DNA of 52,905 nucleotides, counting the filler, from Bipalium vagum (Eukaryota), in NCBI GenBank assembly GCA_037834085.1. It is 3 parts of 3 records of this genome, joined end to end, with 100 filler letters (N's around TTAATTAATTAA, not from the genome) between each part and the next. Parts side by side here need not be neighbours in the genome. Positions count along the whole stretch, not along the records: positions 37,147 to 52,905 come from JBBMKC010147431.1; 2 more parts are not named here. The stretch is one strand, 5' to 3'. The notes beneath the pieces were generated by a model. That model saw only the letters and a list, made by a program, of their open reading frames with translations. It made no database searches and had not been told where the DNA came from. Positions 37,842 through 51,348 of this stretch are shown here, piece after piece. Each line of letters begins with the position of its first letter. The stretch's first letter is position 1. A program made the translations under genes and the position numbers.

Positions 37842-37928
37842 TCAATATAATATGTATATTATTCACCATTATATTATTAATATTGATTTATTATCATAAT
37901 AAAGATTTTCTGAAGTGATTACACATAC

Positions 37929-39328
37929 CTTTGCCTAAATGCGTGTTAATACTCATGTATCTTGCAGTCCCGGTCAAACTTTTGTGTTCTCTGTACGGAA
38001 TATGAGCATTGGTTTCTGGATCTTTGTATTCCTTCGCCAGCCCAAAATCAATCACAAATATCGTATTGTGTTTCTTGAGTGATTTTCGACCGACTAGAAA
38101 GTTTTCCGGCTTCACGTCGCGATAAATCAGTCTGTGATTGTGAATGAATTCAAATCGATCCAGCTGAATTAAATAAGCAAATCTTTTTTATAATTTGGTT
38201 ACCCAAAAATTAAAGTAAAATTGTTGAGAGAAAAGACTGATTTTTGTTTAAAAACAAATTAAAAGAAAAAAATATTTATAATATATGATGGTCACTAAAA
38301 GACTGAACGATGTAAAATTTCGGATTTCAGCTTGAATTTCATCCTTAAGATCATGAATGAACTTATGTTTGTCTATAATAATATAATATATTTGTCTTTC
38401 AGGTATCCCCATAAAAAGAAATCCGGAGCCGAAAATTCAGGTGAATGAGGAGGCCAATTAAATTCTGAAAATTTAGAAATTATTCGTTTACCGAAAATTT
38501 CTCTGAGGATTTTCATTGTTGCTTTGGCACTTTGCGCAGCAGCTCCGTCTTGTTGAAACCATATCTGTTGATTATCTTGGATCGCTGGGTGTAAAAACAT
38601 TTCAAGAATTATTCTATACCGAGGACCGTTAATTTTTTCTGCATGACCTTCCTCATTTTTCAAAGAAATATAGACCGATAACTCTGTCAGCCATAACGCC
38701 GCACCAAACAATGCATTTTTGTGGAAGCAATTAATGAAGGTGTAATTCTCAGTGTTTGATTTACCCCAGAATCTATTGTTTTGCTTGTTGATGCAACCAT
38801 TCAAACAGAAAAGAGCTTGGTCACTCATAAAATTTTTCAAAAATTGATTATCATCTTTGACCATTTGCTGAGAATGGGTGGCGTTCTGCAACCTCTGATG
38901 AGTATCCTGGGTTTTCAAAGATTGAACCATTTGAATTTTGTAAGGGAACAGTTTTAAATCCAAAGCCAAAATCTTCTGAAGTGATGTTGTCGATATGCCT
39001 ACCTGAGAAGAGATGCATATGAATCCTGAAGCACACTCTGCTGTATACTTGCACGGCTTCGACATTATGCAGTCCGACAAGGACCTCTCCTCCGACTGAT
39101 CCAGTATTTTCAACACCAGCAATAAGGTTCCGAATCATGCTAAAATCCGTTAAAATAATAGACTTATCATTCGAATAGAATAACTCTATTATTTTTAATC
39201 GGTGTTGAATATCATATATTTATATTATCACTCATTTAAATCTTCAAAGGATGGTCTAAAAAAATTTTAAAAATCATTATATTCAATTTTAAAAATATCA
39301 GTCTTTTAGTGACCTCTTGATGATAATT

Positions 39329-39396
<68 letters not shown>

Positions 39397-42031
39397 TATT
39401 CTAATAATTCTAAAAAAAAATAAATATATTCAAAATATTATGAAGATAAAAATGGATTTAAAATATCAATTAAATTCATAAACTTAAAAATTAAGATGTA
39501 GTGATAAAATATTATATTATTATTAATAATAGAAATGTTTGAATATTATTAATAAATATTAAACATCATATAAAAATGTAGTATATAATAATAATAATAA
39601 AAATAAAAATAATAATAATAATAATATCAGTAAATGAATACTTTTTATTTTAGTAATATTAATAATAAAAATAATTAAATCTTTAAAATAATAGTAATCC
39701 AGTTTGACAGTCAAAGAAAATTTTAAAAATTAATGTTGGCTAAATCAACGATTTGAAAATCTGCAAAAAATGAAAAAGTTCGATATAAAGAACAAAAAGT
39801 TGACACTGACACTACACATGTCCTTTAAATTTTCTGAATTCGATAAAAAATTTCTATTCATCAAATCGGAAAACAAAATTCGTAAATTCCATAACGGGAT
39901 AACATGGGTTTTAAAAATAATTTTAGAAAAAATATATGAATAAAGGTTGATCAAAACCATTTCTCGATGGATAATCGATAATTTTAGTAATAAAATATCC
40001 AATTAAACATATTTTAAATTTGAACATGTTTTCTTTCACATCATAAATATTAACAAAATCGAATTGAATAATCGATAAAACACTATTGCGATCCATATTT
40101 ACTTTAAAAAAATACATGTTTAAAATGAAAAAGAAACACCAATTTTTAACTTTCCCTATTATTGCTTAAGCAAGAACACAGATCAAATTGGAAACAGAAT
40201 GGTATCACAGAAATAATCACAACAATTAGCTAAATGGATAGATATCTATGTGAAACAGAATTATTTTGATCGTGATAGAAAAATAAAAAGTCTAACGGAA
40301 AGATCGGTAGAAATTGAAAGAAAATGATTTCCGATAAATTGAGAATATTTTTTAAAAAGTTCACGTTCAATTCAATATATAATCGTTTTAAAACAATAAC
40401 ATATTGATGTTATTCTTTGTAAATTTTGTTGGTTATTGATTCTTATTATTAAACCACTCATCTGATATAAATATATTAATATTATTAAAAGTTAGCACTT
40501 TAAATGCACTTCAAAATTAAATATAATTTTAATTATTAATCAATAATAAACAATAAGTACAAAAAATAATCATTTTTAAATTTAATAATAACATTCATAA
40601 TGACAAATAAAAATAATTTTAAAAACTTATACAAAATAAGAGTAATTTATAAAAATGAAATAAGAATCACTAATACTTGAAAAAAGAAAATATATTTAGA
40701 AATTTTCTAACATAAAATAAAATATAATAAAACAGAATTAATTAATATAAGCAATAATTGAGAAAATTGTACGATATTTTAATGTATAGTGATAAATAAT
40801 CGATTTTCAAATAAATGACCGACCATGACATGTATTCAACGGATTATTTTTTAAAAAAATCGATAAAAAATGTAAAGTCGATTTTCTGACATTGTTGGTT
40901 TGTATCTATTCATAATAAATTGAAAAATCAATCGATCGACAATTTACAGTTTATAAAAATGTCTAAATCGGCAATGTGAAATGTAAAACGGAAATCGTTA
41001 AAATAATCAATATCGTAACTTTTTCATTATTAATTGTAAGTTCAATTGATATTTTAATATAGGAAATTTATTATTTAAATAAGAAAAGTAATAATAATAA
41101 AATTATTATTATTATATTATATTTTGATTATTATTAAATAAAAAAATATTTTACTTAATCAATAAAAATTATAAATTTAATAACAATTGAGATTAGTCGA
41201 TAAGTATTACAATGTAAATCTATTTATATTGATACTGGTATTTTCGACATTGAAAATTTTAAAAATTAAAATTATTGATTTATTTATTTAAAATAAATTT
41301 TAATTTAACAAGATTAAAAAAGGTATAAATTTATTTTAAAACAAAGTCAACGTTATAAATATTTTAAGACAAATTAAAACAAACCATGTTAATTAAATAT
41401 TAACCAATGATATTTTAAATATCGTTAAAGCGGGCGGAGATTATTCATAATCGTTAGGTAATTGTGCTCAGAAATAGTTTTTCAATAAAAGGGTTATTGA
41501 TCCAATGGTTTTCCAATGTATCCAAAGCAAATCTTTAAAGCACATTATAGAATCTACTTTTGTGATCAGATGGATTTCCCATTATAAATTATTTCATGTT
41601 TTTTTTTTCAAGCACACTATAAGCAGTTTTAAAAATTCTCCATTAGCAACGGATTTATTTATTAATAGAAAGTTATTATTATTATTATTAATGATTTTAT
41701 TATATTGGTTTGTTCAAATTTGGATAAAAATAACAAAATGAAATGAGTCATTGATCGGGTTGATTTTTGAAATAAATCATACGGAAAACAAAAGTACATG
41801 AAAATCAATGTGGAAAATTAAAAGTGAAAAGAAATTTCAAAAATAGTAACAGTCCAAGTGAAATTTACTTAATTAATAAATCAAAAATATTCAGAAATTC
41901 ATTGCTAAGTTACTAAACAACCGATACTATTCGATACAAATCAATACAAAATCACCAATGCCACACTGATGAAATAAATTATTCATTAGATTCCGACAGA
42001 GATTAGATTAACATCATACTTTAGCAACAGC

Positions 42032-42076
<45 letters not shown>

Positions 42077-44286
42077 TAATAGATATATAAATAATTAATT
42101 ATAATAAAATCAATAATATTAATCAATAGGAATAATTATAAAATATTATTCAATTTTTAAATCAATAATTAATTTCTAATATTAATCAAAATTAAATATT
42201 ATTATTACTATTATTATTTTTATTAATTAATAATAAGAAAGGAATGTATAAATCGATATTTTCTACCTACCAATTGAATTGCGATCATTGCCACTGTTTT
42301 AATGGAAAAAGTGCGATTACAATGATCGAACAAATCTTCAAGAGATGGACCCAACAGTTCCATCACGAGTGCATTATATCTATTACAAAGACCAAAGTAA
42401 AAAACTTTGGGAAATCCGTCGATGAGACCATCTGGAAAAAAATAGAAAGTGGAAAGTCACACAAATCGCTATTGTCAACCAACTACCGGAATTGAGAATT
42501 TTGTAAAATTTGTACTCCAAATGTAATTGAGGTGATCGAGTCTTCATCGGTTCCAATTTTATTGCGACATGTTCGCTGTTGTACAAGTTCTTTCCTGATA
42601 AATAACACAAGTCGATAATACATAAATATTTATATTTAATATTGATTAATTAATAATTAGATTTATTGACTTATGAAACGAGCCAGAAACTTCTCAATGA
42701 TACAAGGGTTTTGATTTTGTTTCATAAAAACCCATGTAGTGATTTCTTAAGGATCAATCAGAAATTAATGAATGATAAAGATTGATTGATTCTATCAACT
42801 TTTATAAATGAAAAATATTGCATCAATGTAGAATAGAAAGTAACACGGTTATGTCGAACATGAGAAATACTAATGTAGACAGAACATGGACAAAAACATT
42901 TGAAAATGACAATCAGATCGATTAAAGGAAATGGTAATGTTTGACTGTGCTTCATTGAAGAGAAACATAGGAAATTGACACATTAAAAATCAAAGACAAT
43001 ATCAAAGATGATTATCGAGATATGTTCTTTTTTCCCAAAAAAGAAAAAAATTTAAGAATTTCAAACAAAAAAAGATTTTCATTTCTTTTAAGTTAGATCG
43101 ATAGATTTTATAAAATATTTAATTGACTGATTGAAAATAATTTCTTAATTGTTGAATGTGCAGAGAAAAAGATAAACTTAAACAATAATTATTAGAAATC
43201 GTTCAAATATTGAATAATTATAGAATTATCAATTTCGGCAGATATAAATATCTGAAAAATTAAGAAATACAATAAAAAATCAATATAATAATATAATAAA
43301 ATAATAGATAATTTTAATAATAATAAGCTATGCAATGACATGGTCGGTATTTTATTTTTGCTATTATCAATATTAACGATAAATAAATCTCATAAAAAAA
43401 ATAATGTAAAACCGTGTAATTTTGTTATACTGTCCTATAGGTTATGAAGCAGTAGAAAATGAGTTGAAATTCATAAAAGGAGAAACAACACAGATTTCTC
43501 CATCTAATAAATCGAATTTGCTATGAATGAAAAAGGGAAAGCAAGAGAAGAGTGTGGAAAAACTGATAGGACGTTCTGTCTTCATAATTTTTCCAAATTA
43601 AAACCAGAAACTTTAATCTATATGCGTGATCTTGAAAAGAAAACATTTTCCAAGGCGAAACCAACAAGATGGCAAATACCAAGTAGCAAACAAGATCTGC
43701 AAGAAAAGTGGAGTTTACGTGGTTATTATTCTCAAAGAAAATGAATTTCTTTCATCCCTTTTTTCTGTTGCTCAATAAAACATTTCTAATGAGAACCATC
43801 GCCTGTTGGATGATGTTGAAATGATCGTCAAACGGTTTATTGACAGAGGAAATGTCATTCGATATTATGCGAATTTATTTCATTTATGAGAAAAATCAGA
43901 TGTAAGAGCAAAAATCGTTCCTATTTTATTAAGAAATCAATTTAAAGGGTGCAGTTTAAAAATCAGAAAAATCTGTTCATTTAATCACTAATAAAATTGT
44001 TATTTTAGTATATTGATTAATTTTTGTATATACTTAGTCCTTTATAATTTTTATTTTGATTAAAGACTAATAACTTTGTTTTCTTTTTAAAAAAAGTTTC
44101 ATTTCAATTTTATTAATAATTTTAAATTTTATTTTACTTACCAAGTCTTAATTCACCGAAATTCCCAGATCCGATTTTTTTACCGACCTTAAAATTAGGA
44201 CCGACCATTACAAATCCTGAATCGCCACTAGAATGTACTGACATGTTTGAATATCTATTATCAATTGCAGAGTTAGATGTTTTCAT
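37929..44286 (-). CDS. CSNK1G: Casein kinase I gamma (gilgamesh/CSNK1G-like), first four coding exons (3'-partial)
   Basis: Exons 44286-44142, 42594-42487, 42431-42271 and 38163-37929 in phase: [23 protein letters not shown]|[15 protein letters not shown]...[64 protein letters not shown]. The downstream EQSRRDD exon was not found. Confidence 0.95.
38285..39320 (-). mobile_element. rosa/DD41D element in CK1-gamma intron
   Basis: Inverted GGTCACTAAAAGACTGA ends. [20 protein letters not shown] and WFQQDG-41 aa-D ([20 protein letters not shown]); frameshifted and deleted. Confidence 0.88.
39331..39393. repeat. (TAA)21 microsatellite
   Basis: Directly visible; lies next to the DD41D terminus. 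Confidence 0.95.
42032..42072. repeat. (AAT)~13 microsatellite
   Basis: Directly visible. Confidence 0.9.
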
Positions 44287-44959
44287 TCTGAAAATCTAAA
44301 TATTCTTAATACTGAAAAAAAATATTTAGTAATGAATTTGAAAATTACATATGATTTTTTTTGTAAAAATATTATTAAATTACTTTAATTTAAAGGAAAT
44401 ACCAAGATATCATTTTATAATTTACAAAATATTAACTTAAATATACCACTGAAAAATAAAATAAATCTGAAACTTTTGATTAAATAAACAAACAAAACCA
44501 GATTTAGTTTTTATGAAAATACAGTTAGTATAAGAAAAATCACTTGATTTATTATAACATTTTAATTCAATTTTACATCAATGTGCTTAGTTTCCAGAAA
44601 CTAATTTTATTCAAATAGATTGATTTGTTTACTAATAAAAATGTTTTGGAATTTCTAATTTAAAAAGACTCCTTTTAAATATTATTCATTTTGATTCATT
44701 TTGGTTTTATCTTTATTATTTTGAATTTTTCTAATTTTCAAATGCAATTATAGTTTTAGCGTAATATTAATTAAGCAGACATTCTGATGCACATTTATAT
44801 ATATTATAAAAAATTAAAGGAGCAGTTGATTAATGTAAAATGAAACCTTTGGAAAATATTTCTCCCTGGAAAAAATGCTGAAACAGAAAGTCCAAATTGC
44901 CATTTATTCAAATACATAAGAATAGTTTATTTAAAGAAATATCTACTGTACTCATACAT

Positions 44960-45720
44960 ATATTCATTCTATCAATAGAATTTCTCTAATTTTGAATCTA
45001 AACATACAAACACCCATTCTGGAGGTATCTTTGTACTTTTTAAAGTGCTGCTCAAAAGTCCATGTCATTGACCAGAACAGATGAAAATTCGATTTAGTAA
45101 ATAAGTTTAATATGTGAATACTTCCCATGGATATATCTTAATCATAGTTTTCCCTGCTTTAAGACTTTTTGGCGGTGCGTTGTCATGAAGCAAAATTCTT
45201 TTGTGATATCTTTAGACTCTTCTGGAAGTTTAGCAATCAAATATTTATTCAGCTAGAATAATCAGTTTTAGTGAAGCTCAGATTTAACGTTTCAATTAGT
45301 TTGAGAACCTCAATGCGAAACACACTTTTTGATTTTATCAGGCACAGTCTGCTTTGATTTTTAATCTGGGTTAAACTATGATTTCTTGCGCTATGAATTT
45401 TCAAAATTTCGTCATTTTTCATCTCCTGTTAGCATTCGATGTAAAAAGAACTTTTTCGTATCCCTGTAACAAACGCTCACTTTACTTCTTGAAAATAAAT
45501 GTAGGCCTTTTCGGCCACGAAGAGACAAATAGCTTGGATCAAATCAGTTCATTTGTTGTGTTAATGAAAATCATTTAAGAATGCATTGTCCACTGTAGAA
45601 TGTATGTTTAATATTTGAAAAGCACGAACTTCGTTTTCGGTCTGAAGACACATATTAAATTACTATTGTGTATTCCTGAAAAGATTGACGAAATGTCTCA
45701 AAATGGAAGTTTATAAGACG
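44960..45720 (-). mobile_element. mariner (Mos1-like) remnant
   Basis: Minus-strand LLQGYEKVLLH, ELH*N*L and ILLHDNAPP...WEVF fragments. Confidence 0.6.
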
Positions 45721-45999
45721 GTGAAATATAAGAAATTATATATTAAATTATTCATATTTCGACTGTGAGGTACAGCCAATAATTGTGTAAAGGAAGTACC
45801 GATGTTTAAGTCAGGTTATGGTTGGCAGTGAAAAGGGGTGAAGTTTAAAATATTTTGTATTATGGTTCTTTAGTTATAGTGTTGAATGAGGAATGCTGGA
45901 AGAAGATAGAAAGTCAGGAAATACATTCGAGTAAACTATATCTTCTCGATACGAGGTGAAAGGTTGTTGGAGAGTTTTTAAACGAGAATTAACTGGAAT

Positions 46000-47730
46000 T
46001 GAAAGGAATACCGAGCATCTCTGATTTTCGAAAAAAAATAGGTCAGAGTTCATTGGTGATGTTGACATGATGAAAAAAGTTGGTGTATAATTAAGTGAGA
46101 TCAACAACATCGAAGAAACTGATATGAAAAAAATAATATCAAATGAAAATCGAGTAAATTATACAACAGAATGTTTTAAAAATTAGTAATGTTCAGTTAC
46201 ATAACAAATCGTGTCAGTTTGGGAGTGTGTTTATGGAATCAATTTTTGAAATTGGACATACATCGTTGATTCAATATGCCCTCATAACGACCGGTTGTGG
46301 AACAATGAAGACAACCGATGTATTTAGACCCGAAAATTGAACAGATGGTATGGATGATTTCGAGATGTGGAAGTCCATGAAATTCTTCTAAGATTGTGGT
46401 CTGGAAGAATTCTTGTGTACCAGGATTTCAAAAAAACGAATTTTATCACGAAGAGATTCACTTTTCTAACGCTCGATATGCAGATGTTGTTGAACTCTTT
46501 GGTTAATTCGAAATATTTTCCGTCCATGGACTTGAAACAAGTATATTATTTAGTTCCGTTGCCAGTGGAATCGAGGTCGATAACGGCTTTCAAATATAAA
46601 CATGGACGGTTTTGCTTTAATCGGATATCTTTAGGTCTGGTAACAGCATCAGCTACTTTTTAGAAGCCTTTACACGAGTTGTTAGATGGTCTAATATTCA
46701 GTGGTCTTTTGGTTTATCTCTATGATATACTGTTCTTTAGTCTAATGCATAAGGAGCATTAAGAGATTTTAGGAGTTTAACTTGGAAGAATACCTTAAAC
46801 GATTTGAAATTGAACCCAACAAAATATAGATTTATCAACATAAATTTGTCTTCCTAGTCCCAAAAAAATTTTGATGGAATCCGAATAAAAAAAAAGATTG
46901 AAAAAATATTGAAGGTCCAATCTCCTGATTGTCTGTCTTATTTGAGGTCATGTTTGTGGTTAGCAAATTATTATAGACTTTTTATTAAGAAATATACAGA
47001 TTGTAAGCCGCAATTTCTGATAGAGAGAAAAATTTACAAAGGATGAATCAATACTTGAATATTTATCAAGAATTGAAGGATAGATTATTCCAGTTTTGAA
47101 TTTTCCGAGGAAATATCACGTTTCTTTTCTAAACACGGACCCTAAGCTTAGTATGATTTAGGGATGTTTTCAGTCAAATCACTAAAGATGGAAGGAGGAA
47201 TTCATCACGTAGGAGCTTATTTAAAACCTTCTTAATTTTTCCAAATGCTTCTTTCTAAAATACTACTGGCTTTCATATGACCTGGGTTATCCTTGAATAA
47301 TCATGGTTGATACAATCGTTGGTCATCGATTTCTACTAAGCAAATATTTTGACTAAATGTATCAACCGACTTCTCTAAATCAATCAAGAGATCCAATTGT
47401 CTTCATGCAATTAATTGCGTCAAATATTTTAAAGGAATTCATATTAGCACAATAACAATTTTTAAAGTTTCCACCGTCAGTTACATTATAAATAAACAAA
47501 TACGGCAGTATAATATTGAAGATATAGTAAAAGAATAAGATCTATTCTGATTTAATTGTCGCATTTTCTGGCGACCAAGAGATGTTACACGCTGTTCATA
47601 CTTGTCATTACGGTGCACAAATTCTGGTGCCAATACCAACGGAATTTCTTATCCCTCATAATAAAAACAATAACCTTCGAGAACTTCGGCCTCCAAGATG
47701 CCACACGGCGCAAGATCGCTAGGATTATCA
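46000..47730 (+). mobile_element. Ty3/Gypsy pol remnant (RT, then degenerate RNase H/integrase)
   Basis: YQDFKKTNFIT, KYFPSMDLKQVYY, ITAFKYKHGRFCFNRISLGLVTASATF, LVYLYDIL (degenerate YLDD) and LRSCLWLANYYRLFI. Confidence 0.8.
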
Positions 47731-48059
47731 GGTAATTTGATAGTATAAAAGATTTTGGATTTAAAATTTTAAATAACTTATAAATGCGACGGTTTAATCA
47801 AATTTCATCCAAGGAATATGTTAATTATTTTGTATTACTTCGCTGATGTTTTTGAATTAACTTAGTCGTCAATATTATGAGTTATAAATGTCTTGTTTTG
47901 TTCTTTTCTTTGATTTGTAAGAAGTTTCATTGGTCAAAATTTCAATTGTGATGTTCAATAATTCTGGACTATACTTCAAAAGGGCTAGATAAATATTTGT
48001 TCTGATATTCTTAATATTAAACAAATTATAGAAGTTTCTAGTTGGTTTTCTCGAATCTT

Positions 48060-50400
48060 TTTATTCGACACATCCTAATTTCAATTTTATAAAAATAAAC
48101 TCGATTGATTTTTCTTTGAATTTTTGATAATAAATTTTCTGAGATCCATTTTCAGATAATTTTCAGTGGATAATTTCCATTTCCAAAATTATTATTATTG
48201 CCCATATAAGTTTTTATATTGTCTATATTTTTTAACAATTTGTCTCAAATTAATAATACTATAGTCAGTCCATCTACCTTTATCTAAGACTGATTCAACA
48301 TAAGACATAACTGAAAAAGATTTACTCTTCTTAGAGATGTGAATATTGTGAAAACAGAGTTCACAGGATTTTTCAAAAAAAAGAGAGTTCAAATACCCAA
48401 CACACATCATTTTTTCATGTTTTTTTCACATAAATCACCAGAAATGGCAATCATGAAAAAATATGAAAAAAAAGTACTAATATCACTAAGAAGTAACAAA
48501 AGGTGATGAAAAAGTAGTTTTAAAAAGTAGGAAAAAGACACTGAAAATCACTAAAAGTGCATTAAAAAATATTAAAAATTACTGAAAAATCAATAAAAAA
48601 AAGGACTAAAAAACATGAAAAATCATTATTATGCTTTTTATAGAGAAAATATGATTAATGCTCTTATAAAATACCAAACATTTAATTATGACTTAACAAA
48701 CCCAAATTTTCTGATAAACACATTTATCGTAATAAAATTATTAAATCAAACTGAGACAAAGTTAGAGATGATAATCATTTAAACATAAAATATAGAGAGT
48801 TGCTCACAATAAATGTAACGTAAAGTCTTAAAATCCCAAAAAATATCATTGAAAGTCATAAAAATTACTAAATTGTATAAAATCATAAATAGACATAAAT
48901 CTGTAAAAAAAAATTGTAAAAAAAAACAAAAAGTTGTAAAATCATGAATATCGTAAAATCAAAAATTGTAAAAATCAAGAAATCATTAAAACATGAAAAT
49001 TGTGAAAACCGAGATTGCGGCTTCTCTGTCATTTACACATTACTCTCGATCATTCTTTATTTGTCTGAAACAAAATGTTCTAAAGTTCATCCAGGCGTTC
49101 TCACAAAAATTATGCCTAGAATTGTGTCTCTCAAGGTTTGAGTAATTTTATTCGCATTCAAATATATTCTTCCTGTACACTCTTGTCTTTTTGAGTTAAA
49201 TTAAACATACCCGTTATACTTTTATTATGGGTAATCTTAGTATTTCCAGCGATTTTTTTCCTTAAACTAAGAACTACTAAGTTTATGGAGAATCTTGGCC
49301 AGCCATCTACATAGAGAGGACCCAAAAAGTTCTCGTAGTTGGACCTAATGTAAAAGCAAATATACAAAAACGATGGAAATAAATATATATTTGGGTACCA
49401 CAGACCTGAATATTCTTTCAATACCAATGGTCATTTTAAACCAGAGCTGAATGGATTTTTAAATTATCCTTTGCGGAGGCAAATAGGAACAATTGTAAAT
49501 TTACTTTTTTATTAAAATATTAATTATTTGGATTTTGATCATTGTTTTCAATTATCATCTACCATCTCTGAAGTGACTTCATAGCCTCATCCTTGTAGAA
49601 TTTGCGGAATTTGGATGAAAAACCGAGACGCTGTAGCTTTTATCATTGAAAAAGAAACGTAAGTTATGTACTGTAATGTACATATTTGACACATCAACAA
49701 TTTTTTAAAATTAAATAATTAATTGTAAATATATTATGATTACAGGAAATATCAAAGGTCTTCTTCAATCGAAGAATTATTATCGTTTTTCACAATAAAT
49801 TGCCATGAATTCATGTATCATGAATTTCCTTAAATAAAATTTTACCAAGGTTTATATTATTAGCCAAACATATCCGAGTAATTAATTAATTAAAAAAATA
49901 CAACTTAAATTACAGATAAAAATATTTTATTATAATAATATTTCATTAATACATAAAATATAAAATACTTTTTTTACAAAAATCAATTTAATCACATTTT
50001 TTGATTTTATCCAATTAAAAATTTTCTTTCTCTATTAATATTTTTTTCCAAAATAGTCCTTTATGATCTTGAAAAAAACGTTCTGGTACTCTATCCATTA
50101 ACGACGCTTTGGTAAAGAAAAGATTATCAACAAGTTCTTTCAATCTTCTTAGTTTCAGTTCCTCGGTTTTTTGTCTGAAATATTGAAATAAGTCTAAAAT
50201 TATCACAAAAAATAAACCTTTTTAGAAATGTGGTCGATTTCAATATTGAATTTCCTGAAAATGAACATTAGTATTTTTCTAGGTAACTTAACAGAGTACT
50301 CACTGATTGACATAAAAATAAATATCAAGGCAAAGTGGAACCTTTTATAAATTGTAAATGAGCATTAACTGTATGGAATTATCTCATGGATTGTGTTTAA
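48060..50400 (-). mobile_element. MULE/Mutator-like remnants with degenerate A-rich tandem repeats (48450-49010)
   Basis: Weak resemblance to MULE C-terminal motifs (YENFLG...PRFSINL; FRQKTEELKL...LMDRVPE) flanking short AAAATCACT/AAAATTGT-like repeats. Confidence 0.35.
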
Positions 50401-50583
50401 TAGAGATTAGATTATAAATATTGGTTGAAGTAGCAGGGTTTATTTGATAAATTTTTTTTAATATTTCTATTTGTTAATAAGTTAAATTATAATTTTAAAA
50501 TCTCTCATATTTTCATTGTTCAAATCTATTATAATTATTATTATATATAATTAAATTAGTAATTATAATTATTATTAATTATA

Positions 50584-51348
50584 GGATCTTTTACCTTTTT
50601 CCCCCAACAATTATCTTTTCCGTTTTTTCTCCCCAATAAAAATCTTTTCCGGATTTTTCCTCCAATAAAAATATAATTAATTATAAATTAATAATCTATT
50701 GCTTGTGTATTTGCATGTTTTTGGGTCTACAAAATATAATGAGTGGTTGATTTTCAACTGACGAAAACCAATTTTTTCAATATCATAATAAGCTTTCTAT
50801 TGATCACTTATAGCAATTGTATCCTCTCGGCATACACTTCTAACTATTGGTTGTAGAGTATCTGCTTTTCTGTTTTCAATTACCTCTAGGTATATTTTTT
50901 GTGGTTCCAAAATACCCAAAAATTCCAAATACCCAGATTTCGTGTTCAGTTGAATAGCCTCGATGATATTTAATATTTATGCCTAAATAAACTTTCATCA
51001 TTCTGGAATATAATTCCTTGACCATAATTTACAAGGATTTACTGTGTAATAATTATTACACCCTTTTTTAAATCATCATAGAAGTCAATAAAACTTTTTT
51101 ATCAACATCAAGTTAAATGAAATCGATATCTCTCGAAAAAAGAACCTGTCCGTATGCTAATATTTCTTATAATTGGCTTGGCTCAGCAATTTACATAAAT
51201 CGTTTTAAAACACCTTTGGAAAAAGGTAATTTACAATTACATCTGTTGTACCAGTACTGATTGGTTCGAGTTTTTTCTGAAAGAATAAAATTCTCTTCCG
51301 TTTCCCCCCCCCAATAAAATTCATGGAGAGAAAAAAGGTAAAAGATCC
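50584..51348 (-). mobile_element. Merlin (IS1016/IS1595-ISXO2-like) non-autonomous element
   Basis: TIRs GGATCTTTTACCTTTTT with a perfect 8-bp TSD TAATTATA and subterminal ~30-bp repeats. Transposase remnants GQGIIFQNDESLF, WVFG and ADTLQPIVRSVCREDTIAISDQ*KAY...INHSLYFVDPKT. Confidence 0.88.

Noticed and set aside
38373-39122. 249-aa ORF as an active or domesticated transposase
   Set aside because: It lacks a proper N-terminus, has out-of-frame stretches, and is truncated after WGYLK.
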